NCBI RefSeq assembly: GCF_018350175.1
Contig: NC_058371.1
Span: forward strand, 170,376,001-170,440,000
Length of the DNA stretch: 64,000 nucleotides
Direction of reading: 5' to 3'
Source: Felis catus
Lineage: Eukaryota
Shown here: one piece after another, positions 62,491 through 64,000 of the stretch
Layout: each line of letters opens with the position of its first letter
Position numbering within the stretch: the stretch's first letter is position 1
Translations under genes and position numbers: made by a program
Notes under the pieces: generated by a model
What the model saw: only the letters and a program-made list of their open reading frames with translations
Databases searched by the model: none
What the model was told of the DNA's origin: nothing

Positions 62491-63014
62491 ACCCCACATT
62501 TTAAAAACCTAAAATTAAAAGGAAAACTTGTACTTCTCAAAGCGGTTTAGGTTTTGTAATGGTGCCCCAATGACCGTGGACCTATAAAAGGAGAAGTCAA
62601 TATGCAGTTTGGCTTGTAAACGTGCCATGTTAACTACCAGACTCCCAAAGAGCTGGCGCGTTTACCATGTGAAAAGCGAAAGGAAAACATGAAGATTATC
62701 AAATATTTAAAATCAACAGGCAAGCCCCATCTCTGGAGTATGATTTGTGATACTGTATGAATGGTGCCCAGCACACGCCAGTGCTTCTGACCGCACGGTG
62801 AGGGACACGCTGAATATTACGTGGCCTCTGGGCTCAGTGCTACCTATAAGCATGACGTTGGTATTCTGTTTTCTGGTAAAGCTGCAAGATATACAATGCC
62901 TAGTGACCATTGACTTTTCCAGAACATCATGTCCAATGTGAGAATAATAAGGACCATACGCCAGGTTCAAATTCCTCGTAGACAGGATCAGAGATATCAA
63001 GTTAAAAAGGAATG

Positions 63015-63955
63015 TAATAGACTTGAAGAGATACTTGTAGACTCACGTGCATAGCAGCATTATTCACAATAGCCAAGAGGCAGGAGCAACGCATAGAGGC
63101 TGCTTTTAGGCAAACGGGCTTGAACGATGGAAGGTAGAAAGGGTTACAGGGACCCCTGGCTGAATACAGACAGGCCGATCACGTGACTCACCTCAAACTA
63201 TCCATAGGCCCTAACTGACCAGTGGGCTACTTAAAACTAGGTGCAGTTACCAAAAAAGGGGAAATTCCATATGTCACCATACCTCCTCATCTTCCCCCTT
63301 TAAAAACAGTCCTCACCCACTCACTGCCTCATGGCAGATGGCCTCTCCCCTGCTGTCCTGCCTGCCGCTCCCTTGCAATGTATTCAATAAACTTCTATCT
63401 CCTTTGTTCCTGCCTCGGGTGAATTCTTTCACCTCCCATACCACCGGCTTCCACTTGATCATCGCCCCACACCTGGGGGCCCCCAACCAGTTAAACACCC
63501 CATTTAGACAACACACAACCCAAATACCAGTTGACAGATGAATGGATAAACAAAACATGATATATACATACAATGGAATATTATTCAGGATTAAAAGGGA
63601 AGGAAATCCTGTCACGTGTCCTAACACCAATGAGCCCTGAGGACATTATGCTGCGTGAAATAAGCCAGTCACAAAAAGACAAATACCGTATGATCCCACT
63701 GATGTGAGGTGCCTAGAGCGGTCAAATTCACAGAGACAGCAAGTAGATGGTGATTACCAAGGGGGGGGGGGTGCGGACAGGGTAATCAGGAGTTATTGTG
63801 TAATGAGTACAAAGTCTCAGTCTTGCAAGATGAAAAGAGTTTCTGGAGATCGATGACTGATGGTTGCACCATCTGAATTCACTTAATGCCACTAAACTGT
63901 CTACTTAAGATGGTTAATGGTAAATTTTGCGTTATCCGTATTTTACCACAAAATA
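63015..63955 (+). mobile_element. L1MB-like 3' end, interrupted by an LTR
   Basis: catagcagcattattcacaatagccaa resumes after the LTR as gttgacagatgaatggataaacaaaac ... gaggacattatgctgcgtgaaataagccagtcacaaaaagacaaatac. Confidence 0.9.
63091..63515 (+). mobile_element. ERV solo LTR (~425 bp), probably a carnivore ERV1-type
   Basis: Interrupts the L1 between caac copies (63087-63090, 63516-63519); TATA-like tttaaaa ~63299; AATAAA 63386-63391 followed by a U5-like segment; ends in CA. The 5' TG is not preserved. Confidence 0.7.
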
Positions 63956-64000
63956 ATAACAAGGAATTTCCTAGTACAAAAAGGCACAGTGTGAAAAAAA

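Larger units (their letters stand above)
1..64000 (-). other. LIMCH1: LIMCH1 gene body (partial): part of intron 1 (64000-37888), exon 2, intron 2 (37816-14283, 23,534 nt), exon 3, part of intron 3 (14212-1)
   Basis: Two in-frame CH-domain exons on the minus strand. I saw neither the preceding exon (...AFSEAQKWIE) nor the following one (DNIILFLRGC...) in the window. Exon numbering is recalled from the human gene. Confidence 0.9.

Noticed and set aside
1-64000. CRISPR arrays, operons or a prokaryote-like defence system
   Set aside because: The sequence is mammalian intron; no regularly spaced repeat-spacer array or gene cluster is present.

Overview
Mammalian genomic DNA from a cat-family (Felidae) animal, judged by its many young tRNA-derived CAN-SINEs (SINEC_Fc type) and a felid-type L1 3' end. 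Five short N gaps suggest a scaffolded draft assembly. The whole window lies inside the LIMCH1 gene, which is on the minus strand. Two short coding exons, too small to appear in the ORF track, are recognisable. The 71-nt exon at 37887-37817 encodes [24 protein letters not shown] and the 70-nt exon at 14282-14213 encodes [23 protein letters not shown]. Both have canonical AG/GT sites, join in frame, and form part of the N-terminal calponin-homology (CH) domain (coding exons 2 and 3 by my recollection of the human gene). Everything else is intron. It is dominated by SINEC, L1, L2, MIR, MaLR/ERVL/ERV LTRs, hAT-Charlie and Tc1/mariner MITEs, and microsatellites. None of the ORF-track ORFs looks like a real host gene. 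I found no prokaryotic system, CRISPR array or convincing new protein-coding gene. The most unusual signals are a short hairpin resembling let-7 at 556-597, two CpG-retaining unique segments with splice donors (candidate internal promoters or alternative exons), and several odd retroposon structures. Repeat subfamily names are from memory of consensus sequences, and most boundaries without a TSD are approximate.
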